Assembly (NCBI RefSeq): GCF_000189555.1 | Contig: NC_017276.1 | Direction: 5' to 3' (one strand) | Length of the DNA: 64,000 nt | Source: Saccharolobus islandicus REY15A | GTDB taxonomy: Archaea > Thermoproteota > Thermoprotei_A > Sulfolobales > Sulfolobaceae | Part shown: positions 11,616-21,400 of the stretch, piece by piece | Layout: each line of letters starts with the position of its first letter | How positions within the stretch are numbered: position 1 is the stretch's first letter | Translations under genes and position numbers: made by a program | Notes under the pieces: generated by a model | Told to the model about the DNA's origin: nothing | Seen by the model: the letters and a program-made list of their open reading frames with translations, nothing else | Databases searched by the model: none

Positions 11616-12246
11616 TAACGCCCACCTTGTGAGGGCAAACCTTACTAAATGCGCAGTACTTGCATTCCCAATTATGCCTTGGAACCTTCTCAGCCCTTAA
11701 GAAAGACTTGACAAGATTCTCTAACTCTGTATCCGTTAGTTTTTCATCATAGTGAAATTCCGCAATCCTATCGGGTGTTATATAAAGTAGAACGCCGTGA
11801 GTTGAGCCTAATAGTGTCATATAAATCTTGAGTTGAGTCTCGTGTTCATGAACTGGAATTTTAGTATCGTTCTTTGAGGTCTTTATTTCTATTACAGTAT
11901 CCCCTAAAATTGCGTCAGCCCTTCCTATTAGTTTATAAACTTCATTACCTATCGTTAGCTCTTTGGTTATTGGAACTTCGGTTTTAGCATTTAATTCCCT
12001 TGTAAGGATTCCCTCTATACTTTCGTGAATTAGAGAACCTTGTAGTGTTGAAGGATTATAAGCCTCAGCTAATGTTAGTTCCTTAAACTGTTCTCTGAGT
12101 CTAGGCTTTAATGGACAATATAGTAGGTCTGTTACATAGATGGTATTACTGTCCTTCTTCTCATGAACTTTCTTATCGCTTAACCGTGACTTAAATAGCG
12201 TTCGCGTGAGAGAAAGGTTTTTAAAGTTAGAGTATAAACTTTGCAT
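11593..12246 (-). CDS. cas4: Solo Cas4-like RecB-family nuclease (4-Cys Fe-S); N-terminus possibly disrupted by a nonsense codon
   Basis: LYCP, GSLIHE, GRADAI, IEIKT, QLKIY, CKYCAFSKVC. An in-frame ATG at 12303 is followed by TAA at codon 5. Confidence 0.85.
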   Translation of the reverse strand: MQSLYSNFKNLSLTRTLFKSRLSDKKVHEKKDSNTIYVTDLLYCPLKPRLREQFKELTLAEAYNPSTLQGSLIHESIEGILTRELNAKTEVPITKELTIGNEVYKLIGRADAILGDTVIEIKTSKNDTKIPVHEHETQLKIYMTLLGSTHGVLLYITPDRIAEFHYDEKLTDTELENLVKSFLRAEKVPRHNWECKYCAFSKVCPHKVGVNEDNNAS

Positions 12247-12299
12247 AGTGGGCGCCTCTGGCTTTTTCTTGACTTGTGATTGAACTGCTTAGGCTGAAT

Positions 12300-12464
12300 T
12301 CATGATGAATTTTCTAAATGGCGTTTAATGAAGCGTTTAGCTAATTCCCTTAGTACTGTTGATTTTCCGCGATATCCTTCCTTTTTTACTATCTTATCAA
12401 GTGCCTCTACTTCTTCTTTATCAAGTATGACCGATACCTTTACGGGCTTCCTTACCTTTTTCAT
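12300..12464 (-). CDS. CopG-like ribbon-helix-helix regulator (54 aa, below the ORF-track cutoff)
   Basis: Translated by hand: MKKVRKPVKVSVILDKEEVEALDKIVKKEGYRGKSTVLRELAKRFIKRHLENSS*, an alternating beta strand plus two helices. Confidence 0.85.
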   Translation of the reverse strand: MKKVRKPVKVSVILDKEEVEALDKIVKKEGYRGKSTVLRELAKRFIKRHLENSS

Positions 12465-12709
12465 AGTATTCACTAAGAAAATATATGCGGAAAATAGTGC
12501 TTATCAATATTTCCCATATCAGAAATAGTATTAATTATTTTTAAATTTTTTCCTAAACTTTGGTTATCCGGAAACTCATATATAACGAAAGTAACGTTAT
12601 TTTTTCCTAAACTTCACACCTTAGAACTAACGTTACTAACTTTTCCTTTCTGTATTATGAAAGTTATACCTTATTTCCACTGGAGTAATACTTAAACTAG
12701 TTACCCATT

Positions 12710-12731
12710 TTGGTATAAGCGCTTATACCAA
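12710..12731. repeat. Perfect 22-bp palindrome; candidate origin hairpin or operator
   Basis: TTGGTATAAGCGCTTATACCAA. Confidence 0.8.
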
Positions 12732-12742
12732 TTTGGAACAAG

Positions 12743-13108
12743 TCACTCCTTTTTTAACACGTAACCTTTTACTGTCCTCATTGAAAAGCCTTCTTTTATA
12801 GTGAACTGCTTCTCCTCAAAGAATTGCCTTATACGTTCCGGTAACTGTTGATAGTACTGCTCACTCATGAACCTAACGTTATTCACATCAGCCTTATCAT
12901 AAAGATAACCCCTAACTTCAAGAACTTTAAGGAACTCCTTTATAGCTGAGAGCAATGGGAAGTAGTCTAAAAGTATATCGTGATAGGATAAGTTTGTTTC
13001 ACTCTTGTATTTTTTAATCCCCTCTTCCTCTTGAGGAGAAAGACGTAATGTAATTGTAACATGATTCTTTAACCATCTCTGATAATAAGTAGTTCTTCTC
13101 CTTGACAT
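12743..13108 (-). CDS. Putative DNA-binding protein (RHH-like N-terminus)
   Basis: VTITLRLSPQEEEGIKKYK..LSYHDILLDYF. Confidence 0.6.
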   Translation of the reverse strand: MSRRRTTYYQRWLKNHVTITLRLSPQEEEGIKKYKSETNLSYHDILLDYFPLLSAIKEFLKVLEVRGYLYDKADVNNVRFMSEQYYQQLPERIRQFFEEKQFTIKEGFSMRTVKGYVLKKE

Positions 13109-13218
13109 AACGTTTTTACCCTCTCATTTTACGTTTATATGCCTTTCCCATATTGAATGCAATATTGCTTATCAATATTAAATGAGGAGAAATACCCGTA
13201 AAAGAGCGTAAATTTAGA

Positions 13219-13250
13219 TTGAATGCAAGTTTGAATCAACATTGAATCAA
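13219..13250. promoter_or_regulatory. Tandem TTGAAT(G)CAA boxes upstream of the 121-aa gene
   Basis: Copies at 13219-13228, 13231-13239 and 13242-13250, plus one at 13153-13162. Confidence 0.45.
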
Positions 13251-13597
13251 GAGCCTAAGGACACTAGATAAAATTAGTTATTGTGATAGTTAGTTAAAAT
13301 CTATTCATTTATTGTATAGAAAGACTAAAGAAAACGGATATTTTTAAAAGCAATAGAGAATTATCACGTTAAGAAAACTTTCCGAAATTACTCGATTTTT
13401 CATGAAAGCACAAATTTCCCTTATTTTTTTATGAAAAAAGCATTTACTTAATGAGAAATTTCTGTAAAGGCGTTTCATAGAAAAACGAACTGACTTTACT
13501 AATGTACTTAGCGTGGCAATTTCAGAAATCTACATTAAGGGTTTAAGAGGAAATAAATCTTATATGCAGTTTCCTCTTTTCCCTTGTTAAGTAGTTC

Positions 13598-13702
13598 TAA
13601 AATGACCTCATATACATCTTTATAGTACTTGTCTTCATTCATTAGTTCTTTAATCATCTCTTCTATTTCTTCTTTTTTAGGTCTAGGAATTTCATCTTCC
13701 AT
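13598..13702 (-). CDS. Possible 34-aa micro-ORF or remnant downstream of the integrase
   Basis: MEDEIPRPKKEEIEEMIKELMNEDKYYKMYMRSF*; GGA shortly before the ATG. Confidence 0.3.
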
Positions 13703-13758
13703 GTTTATCCAGTAATATGAACTAGTTTAGAATTTTAAACATATTCTCTAGTTTAAAA

Positions 13759-15039
13759 CTAGAGAAGCTTGGGGGCGTATTTATCATACCATTCCCTTAG
13801 CTCAATTTCTGATATTACGAAATAGTTCTCCTCCATGATCCTAAATTGTTGAGGAGGTGCTCTGCCTTGCAGCAAGTTCACTATTGTACCCGGAACTTTT
13901 TGCTTAATCATGTAAGAAGTGAAGAAGCTTCTGAGATCATATAATCTAAACTCTTTACCCAAAATCTTCCTCATAGCCTCTTTAATCTCAACCCTAAGAT
14001 TATCTTCTCTGAAGGGGAATAGTTTACTCTTCCACTCCTCTATGTTAATACCTTGGGTGGGGTTAGCTTCTGCTAACTTCTTCAAAGAACTCTCGTATTT
14101 CTTAATAAATTCCTCACGGTAGGGTAAGTAGATATCTTTTAGCCATTTAGCCGTCTCTTCATGAAGAAATGTTATGTAAGCTCTCTTAGTTTCACTGACT
14201 TTGCCCAGGTGAATTATCCTGTGCTCAAAGTCCACCTGGTCTACCCTTAAGTTAAGGACTTCCCCCACTCTCAATCCCGTCTCAGCTAAGAGAAGGAAGA
14301 ATGCTTTAGCACCTAAATCCTTTATATTATTAAATATTTGTTTAATAGTGGCTATATCGGGGATAAAATGCTTATACTTAGGCTTAGTTTTAGGAGTTTT
14401 AAATGATTCGTAAAGCTCTCTTGCAATCCTCGGGCTCTTAGGCTTTATTATCTCTCTGATAAATAATTTTAAAGCCTTGGCAGCATGTTCAGCCCTCCCC
14501 TTACTTTCCTCTGATAGGTCTAAAATGTACTCCTTTAACTTAGTAGGAGTTAACTCATAACCCAGTTCAGCTAAAGCCCTCCTTAAGTAATTTATTCTCT
14601 CTTGTGCAGTCTTCTTACTCTTCTCTTGCCTTACCAGTTTCTCAAAGAGTTCAACATCTTCTTTTGTAACTAAATAAGAATTTGAGGGCTCTCTTAAGTA
14701 ATCCCCTAATTCTTGCCATAGTAATGTAAGGAAGAAGTTCCTAAAGCCCTCATCCTTCTTAGCCTTAACTATCACACTTATAGCAGTAGTAGGGTCTACA
14801 TCAGTACTCCTTAAACCGTAAATTATATCACTTAACTCATCAGCTGTTAAAAGTTCTGAGGCCTTCTCAACAACCTCATTAGGGATCCTCTGAATCTTCC
14901 CGTTCAGGTAACGATTTAATGTTGACCTATCTACACCTATAAAACGGGAAACGTAACTTAGGCCATGCTTTTCAATTGCCTTTTTCAATACGTTAAGCTT
15001 TTTCTGGTCATCTATTTTCTCCACGTTAATTTTTGACAT
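13759..15039 (-). CDS. int: Tyrosine integrase, pNOB8-type (unsplit), with N-terminal HTH
   Basis: N-terminal LSYVSRFIGVDRSTLNRY HTH, ETGLRVGE (catalytic R), YDLRSFF, C-terminal ENY tyrosine; gene lies wholly inside the att sites. Confidence 0.93.
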   Translation of the reverse strand: MSKINVEKIDDQKKLNVLKKAIEKHGLSYVSRFIGVDRSTLNRYLNGKIQRIPNEVVEKASELLTADELSDIIYGLRSTDVDPTTAISVIVKAKKDEGFRNFFLTLLWQELGDYLREPSNSYLVTKEDVELFEKLVRQEKSKKTAQERINYLRRALAELGYELTPTKLKEYILDLSEESKGRAEHAAKALKLFIREIIKPKSPRIARELYESFKTPKTKPKYKHFIPDIATIKQIFNNIKDLGAKAFFLLLAETGLRVGEVLNLRVDQVDFEHRIIHLGKVSETKRAYITFLHEETAKWLKDIYLPYREEFIKKYESSLKKLAEANPTQGINIEEWKSKLFPFREDNLRVEIKEAMRKILGKEFRLYDLRSFFTSYMIKQKVPGTIVNLLQGRAPPQQFRIMEENYFVISEIELREWYDKYAPKLL

Positions 15040-15145
15040 AAAATCTCTTTACCACTTATTAACTTTTACATTGTTGCAAATTTAACCTTTACTGTTGCAT
15101 TCACGCATCATTCTATTAATAGAATCACTTTCAATTATATAGAAA

Positions 15146-15225
<80 letters not shown>

Positions 15226-15266
15226 CTGATTATTTGATTATTACGATTTCACTTTAAAAGTTTTCT

Positions 15267-17186
15267 TTAGGCTACTCTTAGGCTATCCAATATTGCTGGG
15301 GTGTATATAAAAGGCTTATATCCCAATCTATCATCTCTTATATAGTTCGCGAATGCCTTTATTGCTGACGCTTCTCCGTGATTTAATATTATATTTTTAG
15401 GCTTTGGTTCAATGGTTCTGAGGAAGTTAAACAATTGCCTTCTATCAGAGTGTCCAGAAAATCCTTCAACTGCCTCTACTTCCATATTAATTTGTATTGA
15501 CTCCACTCTTCCATCCCTATCTAGAATTTGTACTTCTTTTGCGCCATCTCTCACTTTTCTGCCTAATGTGCCCTCTGCTTGATAGCTTACAAATATTATT
15601 GCATTTTTAGGATCTGGCGCCATGGTCTTGAAGAACTCCACAGCTGGGCCTCCGTTTAACATTCCGGAGGTTGCTAAAATTATAGAAGGTTCACCTTTTG
15701 CTATATCCTCTTTATATCCTTCAATTCTCTTAAAGTGTTCTGAGGTAAACGGGTTTTCATCCTTGTATAGAATTTCCTCTCTTACTTCCCTTCCTAGCCA
15801 TTCCGGATATGCATTATGTATAGCTGTAACTTCATCAACTAATCCCGTTAGATAAACTGGAACTTCCGGAATAAGCTTCTTTTTCATGAAATCGTTTATT
15901 ATGAGCATAATTTCTTGTCCTCTTCCCACAGCTAGTACTGGAATTAATACTTTCCCTCCTCTATTAAGCGTTTTATTTATAATCTCTAACAACTCTAATT
16001 CCGATTCTTCTCTATTTGGCTGATCTTGTGCTCCATAGGTAGTTTCCATGATTAGTGTATCAACCCTCGGGAATTCCGTATTTGCCTTATCAAGCAATTT
16101 GGTTTTCGCGTATTTGAAATCGCCAGTATAGACTATGTTATGTTTTCCATCGCCAATGTGCAAATGAGCCATTGCAGATCCTAATATGTGACCAGCATTA
16201 TAGAATGTTAACCTTATGTCTGGGGCAATGTCAGTAACCTCTCCATAATCTAACGTTATTGTATGTAATAGCTCTTTTCTTACTTCTTTAGCGGAGTAAG
16301 GTAGAGGTTTGCCTTCCTTCTCTACAACGTCAAGCGAGTCTAATTGCATTAATGCCATTATATCCCTTGTTGGTACAGTAGTGTATACTGGCCCCTCATA
16401 TCCATACTTAAAGAGAAATGGCACCATTCCGCAATGATCTAAATGTGCATGTGTGATAACTACAGCATCTAACTCCTCTATTTTTAATTGGTCAATGTCA
16501 AGCCTAGGAAACAATTTCTCTCCAAACATATTCGCGCTAGGGTTAAGTCCCACATCTAGCAATACTTTACTTTCTGGAGTTTCTACTAATACTGCAGATC
16601 GTCCAACTTCTAGAAAGCCTCCTAATGCCGTAATTCTCACGTACTTATCTTGAAATACTGTCTCCCTATGTATCCTTTCTCCAAAAACCTTTAGTATTTT
16701 AGCTCTATATTCAGTCTCATTGTAAATATGCTCTAGAATACTGTCATATGTCCTAGACCTTATTGGCGGTTCTCTAACTATTTCAGCCTTCCAAAATGTC
16801 TCCGCAAATATCCTTTGTTGTAATGAGCCACCTTTTCCTATTACTAACCCTGGTTTCTTCGCTTTTATTAATACCTCACCTAAGTCATCGTCAAATTTTA
16901 TATCCACAATTTCAGCTTCCGTAGGTACAATTTTCTTTATTATTTCAACAGCTTCCTTCTTATCCTTCCTTACTGAAGGATCTGCCTTTATTATTATTCT
17001 CTTTTTAATATCCTTGGCAATCTTCTTTATTACTTCCCCCTTTTCTGTTACCATTGTCGGCTTCTTTACATATACCGCTATTGTAGGTCCTTCATATTCA
17101 ATTCTGGTTATTCCCAAATCTTTTAGTTCAGAGTATATTAACGATATTGTGTTAATCCTATTTAGAGATGCCAATCTATTCACCAA
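15267..17186 (-). CDS. fttA: KH-domain beta-CASP ribonuclease aCPSF1/FttA (transcription termination factor)
   Basis: N-terminal KH domains (PGLVIGKGG), THAHLDH, AGHILGS, SGHSD, NHGE. Confidence 0.93.
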   Translation of the reverse strand: MVNRLASLNRINTISLIYSELKDLGITRIEYEGPTIAVYVKKPTMVTEKGEVIKKIAKDIKKRIIIKADPSVRKDKKEAVEIIKKIVPTEAEIVDIKFDDDLGEVLIKAKKPGLVIGKGGSLQQRIFAETFWKAEIVREPPIRSRTYDSILEHIYNETEYRAKILKVFGERIHRETVFQDKYVRITALGGFLEVGRSAVLVETPESKVLLDVGLNPSANMFGEKLFPRLDIDQLKIEELDAVVITHAHLDHCGMVPFLFKYGYEGPVYTTVPTRDIMALMQLDSLDVVEKEGKPLPYSAKEVRKELLHTITLDYGEVTDIAPDIRLTFYNAGHILGSAMAHLHIGDGKHNIVYTGDFKYAKTKLLDKANTEFPRVDTLIMETTYGAQDQPNREESELELLEIINKTLNRGGKVLIPVLAVGRGQEIMLIINDFMKKKLIPEVPVYLTGLVDEVTAIHNAYPEWLGREVREEILYKDENPFTSEHFKRIEGYKEDIAKGEPSIILATSGMLNGGPAVEFFKTMAPDPKNAIIFVSYQAEGTLGRKVRDGAKEVQILDRDGRVESIQINMEVEAVEGFSGHSDRRQLFNFLRTIEPKPKNIILNHGEASAIKAFANYIRDDRLGYKPFIYTPAILDSLRVA

Positions 17187-17255
17187 CTTTAAGAAATAGC
17201 TACAACTGAACTTATCTATGCTAATTTTTAATATTTAAATCTTCTCCTTTTATAT

Positions 17256-18311
17256 GTGAATGTAAAAGAACACGTAATCAGTTTACCTAGAAGGGTTTTC
17301 GTAGGACATGACATAATATATGACATTTCTATTTACTTCTCGCAACTAGGCATAACTTCTCCATTTCTAATAGTCACAGGGACAAAATATACTAAGAAAA
17401 TAGCGGATAAAGTTATAGAAAATCTTCCAAAAGATGCTAAATATGAGGTAATCGAAATAGATACTGCTACTTTAGACGATGTATATAAGGTAGAGGAGGT
17501 TGTTAAGAAGGTTAATCCTAATATATTGCTAGGAATAGGTGGAGGGAAAGTTATAGACGTTACGAAATACGCAGCGTTTAGGAATAACCTAGAATTCGTC
17601 AGTATACCTACCTCTCCATCACACGATGGAATCACATCGCCATTCGCTTCAATAAAAGGATTACAAAAGCCAGTTTCGGTAAAGGCAAAAGAACCATTAG
17701 CAATTATTGCAGACATAGAAATTCTAAGCTTGTCCCCAAGAAGATTAATAAACGCAGGAATAGGAGATACAATAGGGAAAATAATAGCAGTGAGAGATTG
17801 GAGGTTAGCGGCTAAGTTAAGAGGAGAATATTATGGCGATTACACGGCATCTTTAGCGTTAATGTCAGCAAAACACGCATTTCAATGCACTAAGATAATA
17901 AATAAGGACATAAAGTACGGTGTAAGAATGCTAATAGAAGCACTAATAAGTAGCGGAGTAGCAATGGGAATGGCTGGAAGCACCAGACCAGCAAGTGGCT
18001 CTGAACATCTCTTTGCACATGCGGTTGAGTTATTACACCCAGAGGGGGTATTGCATGGTGAACTTGTTGGTTTAGGAACAATTATTATGGCCTACTTGCA
18101 TGGCATAAATTGGAAAATAATAAGAGACAGACTTAAAAAAATAGGATTCCCAGTAAAAGCCAAAGACTTAGGTCTTTCTGATGAAGAAGTAATAAAAGCC
18201 TTAACCATAGCTCATACTATAAGACCAGAGAGGTACACAATTTTAGGGGATAGGGGTTTAACTTGGAGTTCTGCAGAAAAAATATCAAGAGTAACAAAAA
18301 TTATAGATTAA
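17256..18311 (+). CDS. egsA: sn-glycerol-1-phosphate dehydrogenase
   Basis: [26 protein letters not shown]. Confidence 0.95.
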   Translation: MNVKEHVISLPRRVFVGHDIIYDISIYFSQLGITSPFLIVTGTKYTKKIADKVIENLPKDAKYEVIEIDTATLDDVYKVEEVVKKVNPNILLGIGGGKVIDVTKYAAFRNNLEFVSIPTSPSHDGITSPFASIKGLQKPVSVKAKEPLAIIADIEILSLSPRRLINAGIGDTIGKIIAVRDWRLAAKLRGEYYGDYTASLALMSAKHAFQCTKIINKDIKYGVRMLIEALISSGVAMGMAGSTRPASGSEHLFAHAVELLHPEGVLHGELVGLGTIIMAYLHGINWKIIRDRLKKIGFPVKAKDLGLSDEEVIKALTIAHTIRPERYTILGDRGLTWSSAEKISRVTKIID

Positions 18312-19015
18312 GATGAAGAGAAAGTACTTTTAGTATATTGTTGTAAAATCTCCACAGTATAATCTGCCAAAACATAGCTTACTATTTCATAAGCTAAAGA
18401 GTAAACATTAATTTGTAAATCCTCCACCAGATAAAGATCCTTTGGTATAATAATTCTAACACTCTTCTTCCCATCATCAAGCTCGACGTTAAAACCACTG
18501 GCGTACTTTGAGGAAAATCTCCTCTCTATCAAAGCCATAACCTTATCCTTAGCGTTATCGAGAACCTTGACGACCTTAACATTATACATCAAAGTCCTTC
18601 CAGCAAGTGGGTGATTTAGATCTAAAACAACCCTACCTCCACTTACACTCCTTATTACTGCAAGACTACCATCACTTAATCTCAATACATTGTTTGGAAC
18701 TGGCGTTATACCTTGCCTTCTCAATTCTCCTAGAGGTACAATCTTAATTTTACTATTATCTCTTTCACCATATGCCTTCTCAGGTGGGATTTCTATCGTT
18801 TTCTCCTCGTTCAAATTAAAATTATATAAAGCCTCTTCCAATCCCTTAATTAGCCTATTTTCACCTAAAATCACAAGTCTAGGACCATAAGTTCTAGTCT
18901 CATCATAAATATTAGCCTTCTTTGCCTCCTCTTCATTAGTTGTATCAACAATTTCTCCAGTATCCTTGATTCTTGCAGTATATTCGATATAAATAAAGTC
19001 GTTATTCTTAAACAT
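18308..19015 (-). CDS. FKBP-type peptidyl-prolyl isomerase (SlyD-like, long type)
   Basis: [24 protein letters not shown]. Confidence 0.93.
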   Translation of the reverse strand: MFKNNDFIYIEYTARIKDTGEIVDTTNEEEAKKANIYDETRTYGPRLVILGENRLIKGLEEALYNFNLNEEKTIEIPPEKAYGERDNSKIKIVPLGELRRQGITPVPNNVLRLSDGSLAVIRSVSGGRVVLDLNHPLAGRTLMYNVKVVKVLDNAKDKVMALIERRFSSKYASGFNVELDDGKKSVRIIIPKDLYLVEDLQINVYSLAYEIVSYVLADYTVEILQQYTKSTFSSS

Positions 19016-19303
19016 TATCCAGCCCTAAAAATACATTCTGGGTTAGTTTTTAAAACTACTGAAAAACAACAAGCAAGTAGCCTTCTCAATGCGTCAAGAC
19101 AAGATAAACCAAATTAATAAGCTTTTAGATGAATCGATAAAGAGAACAACCTAAGGTGTGAAGGAACTCTTTTAGAAACTATATACACAAAAAAGTAGCT
19201 AAATCATTCGGCACAGTGCTAGTTGATAAAAAACATATAACGTTTCCGACTGACAGGACCGCAATAAAACTTATAATTGATAACTTAAATAAGTCTAATT
19301 AGA

Positions 19304-19392
19304 CCCGCCGTAGCTCAGCCCGGTTTAGAGCGCCCGGCTGTAGATAGGGGACAGTAACCGGGTGGTCCGGGGTTCAAGTCCCCGCGGCGGGA
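19304..19392 (+). tRNA. tRNA-Tyr(GTA) with a 13-nt canonical intron (about 19344-19356)
   Basis: CCCGCCG/CGGCGGG acceptor stem, CCCGG-CT-GTA-G anticodon arm with an insertion at 37/38. Confidence 0.93.
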
Positions 19393-19440
19393 CTTCTTTA
19401 CCCAATAATTTTTAAATCCAGCTCAAGATGATTTTGATAG

Positions 19441-19680
19441 GTGAATTTTTTGGCAGAAACAGCGCATAAGGTATTGGCAGAGTCATTAAATAATCTAGTA
19501 TTAGTTAAACTAAAGGGAAATAAGGAAGTAAGAGGCACACTGAGGAGCTATGATCAGCATATGAATTTAGTCCTATCAGACTCAGAAGAGATACAAAGTG
19601 ATGGTAGTGGTAAAAAGTTAGGAACCATAGTAATAAGAGGAGATAACGTAATTCTAATTTCTCCTCTACAAACTTCTTAG
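19441..19680 (+). CDS. Sm-like archaeal protein (SmAP1/Lsm)
   Basis: [14 protein letters not shown] and IRGDNV (Sm1/Sm2 motifs); upstream of rpl37e. Confidence 0.95.
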   Translation: MNFLAETAHKVLAESLNNLVLVKLKGNKEVRGTLRSYDQHMNLVLSDSEEIQSDGSGKKLGTIVIRGDNVILISPLQTS

Positions 19681-19694
19681 TTAGGTGAGCTAAA

Positions 19695-19880
19695 ATGAAA
19701 GGCACACCGTCATTTGGAAAGATGAACAAATCTCATACTCATATAAGGTGTAGGAGATGTGGTAGGAACGCTTATAACGTAAGTAAGCACTACTGTGCAG
19801 CTTGTGGATTTGGAAAGACGAAGAAGATAAGGAGATACAGTTGGCAAAATAAAAAGGTTAATGGGGTCAGAATAAGATAA
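19695..19880 (+). CDS. rpl37e: 50S ribosomal protein L37e
   Basis: [18 protein letters not shown]. Confidence 0.97.
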   Translation: MKGTPSFGKMNKSHTHIRCRRCGRNAYNVSKHYCAACGFGKTKKIRRYSWQNKKVNGVRIR

Positions 19881-20785
19881 TGTTTGGTTGGCATTGGCTT
19901 CTAGAATGGCAAACGCCATACGAGTTTCACGGTCACCTAATAGAAAAAGTATTCGCTGAAGAGAAGACCCCGTACCAACACGTTACATTAGTAGAATTTA
20001 CCAGATTTGGAAAAGGACTTATAATAGATGGAAAAGTGCAATCAACTCTTTACGACGAGCACATTTATCATGAATTGTTAGTTCACCCCTTATTGCTATC
20101 ATTGCCAAAACCTCCTAAGAATGTGCTAATTTTAGGTGGCGGAGAGGGTGCAACTCTTAGGGAGGTTCTTAAGTATAAGTCTGTAGAAAAAGCAGTAATG
20201 GTTGATATAGACGAGAAGGTTATAGAATTTGCTAAGAAATATTTATATGAATGGCATCAAGGAGCTTTTGAGGATAAGAGGACTAGCCTAGTAATTACTG
20301 ATGGTATAAAGTTTATAAATGAAACAAAGGATAAATACGACGCTATAATTCTAGATCTAACAGATCCGATCAAGGATTCCACGTCATACATGCTTTACAC
20401 TAAGGAGTTCTATGAGAAATTGAGAGGAATATTAAATCAAGGAGGTGGTATAGTAACACAAGCTACATCTCCATCATTTTCTCTAGAAGTATATGTGACG
20501 ATTTACAATACTATAAAGGAGGTGTTTAAGGAAGCCTCAGCTTCATACACATATATGGCATCCTTTGATGGATTATGGGGATTCGTTTATGGGGGAGTAA
20601 GGCCAGACTTACTTTCGGAGGATGAAGTAAATTCCAGAATAAGGGAACGTATTAGTGGACAGCTAAGGTTCTATGATGACTATTCTCATAAGATTTCGTT
20701 TAGTTTGCCTAAGAATATAAAAAGTGAATTCAAGAAGATAACCAAAGTATCCACGGAGAAAGATCCGATTTACGTTCCTGCGTAA
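19880..20785 (+). CDS. speE: Polyamine aminopropyltransferase (spermidine synthase family)
   Basis: [26 protein letters not shown]. Confidence 0.93.
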   Translation: MFGWHWLLEWQTPYEFHGHLIEKVFAEEKTPYQHVTLVEFTRFGKGLIIDGKVQSTLYDEHIYHELLVHPLLLSLPKPPKNVLILGGGEGATLREVLKYKSVEKAVMVDIDEKVIEFAKKYLYEWHQGAFEDKRTSLVITDGIKFINETKDKYDAIILDLTDPIKDSTSYMLYTKEFYEKLRGILNQGGGIVTQATSPSFSLEVYVTIYNTIKEVFKEASASYTYMASFDGLWGFVYGGVRPDLLSEDEVNSRIRERISGQLRFYDDYSHKISFSLPKNIKSEFKKITKVSTEKDPIYVPA

Positions 20786-20817
20786 TTTTTTAAATTTTTA
20801 TCGATATATATTTAATT

Positions 20818-20925
20818 GCCGGGGTGCCCGAGCGGTCAAGGGGGTAGGCTCGAGACCTTTCCAGCGTTACTGCGAGGGACCTACTGCCTCTCTGAGGCAC
20901 ACGGGTTCGAATCCCGTCCCCGGCG
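20818..20925 (+). tRNA. tRNA-Ser(CGA) with a 24-nt intron (about 20855-20878)
   Basis: GCCGGGG acceptor stem, GTAGG-CT-CGA-G...A-CCTAC anticodon arm, long variable arm. Confidence 0.92.
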
Positions 20926-21278
20926 TATATTGATTCCTATAGAATTTTTAAAATAATAAGGTCTAACTAACATAACATTTTAGGTGATTGTTCCTCATTT
21001 ACCTCATTGTGCAATCCTATCATTTAAAGTAGATCTTTCTTATTGTATTTAGCACGGAGTTTAGTCTGGCTACGCCTACTCTATACTTTATACATTTGTA
21101 TTCCATAGTATACAAAATAATAGTTGGCAACGTCTAATAAATCATTTTTAACCTCTTCAAGAGTCCAATTGGATTTGAAACTTGTAAACCTTGATTTGTA
21201 ATCTTTTCCTAATTTAGCCTTATGTTTAATCTTTTTATTTCTGCGCAGTGTATTAGCAAATTCAAAGTAAAAATTTCA

Positions 21279-21352
21279 TGGGCCCGAGGGGATTTGAACC
21301 CCTGACCACTCGGTTATGAGCCGAGCGCTCTACCGAGCTAAGCTACGGGCCC
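21279..21352 (-). tRNA. tRNA with CAT anticodon, most likely tRNA-Ile2 (agmatidine) rather than Met
   Basis: GGGCCCG acceptor and CTCGG-CTCATAA-CCGAG arm look like archaeal Ile isoacceptors; no initiator A1-U72 pair or three GC pairs in the anticodon stem. Confidence 0.85.
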
Positions 21353-21400
21353 ACATATACAATAACTGAAAAACTGTTTTTAAGACTTGCGTTTAAACCT

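Noticed and set aside
12328-12528. 66-aa plus-strand ORF
   Set aside because: Antisense shadow of the CopG-like gene and its promoter
19089-19154. 21-aa micro-ORF or ncRNA in the gap between the FKBP gene and tRNA-Tyr
   Set aside because: Too short, with no motif, SD or recognisable RNA boxes
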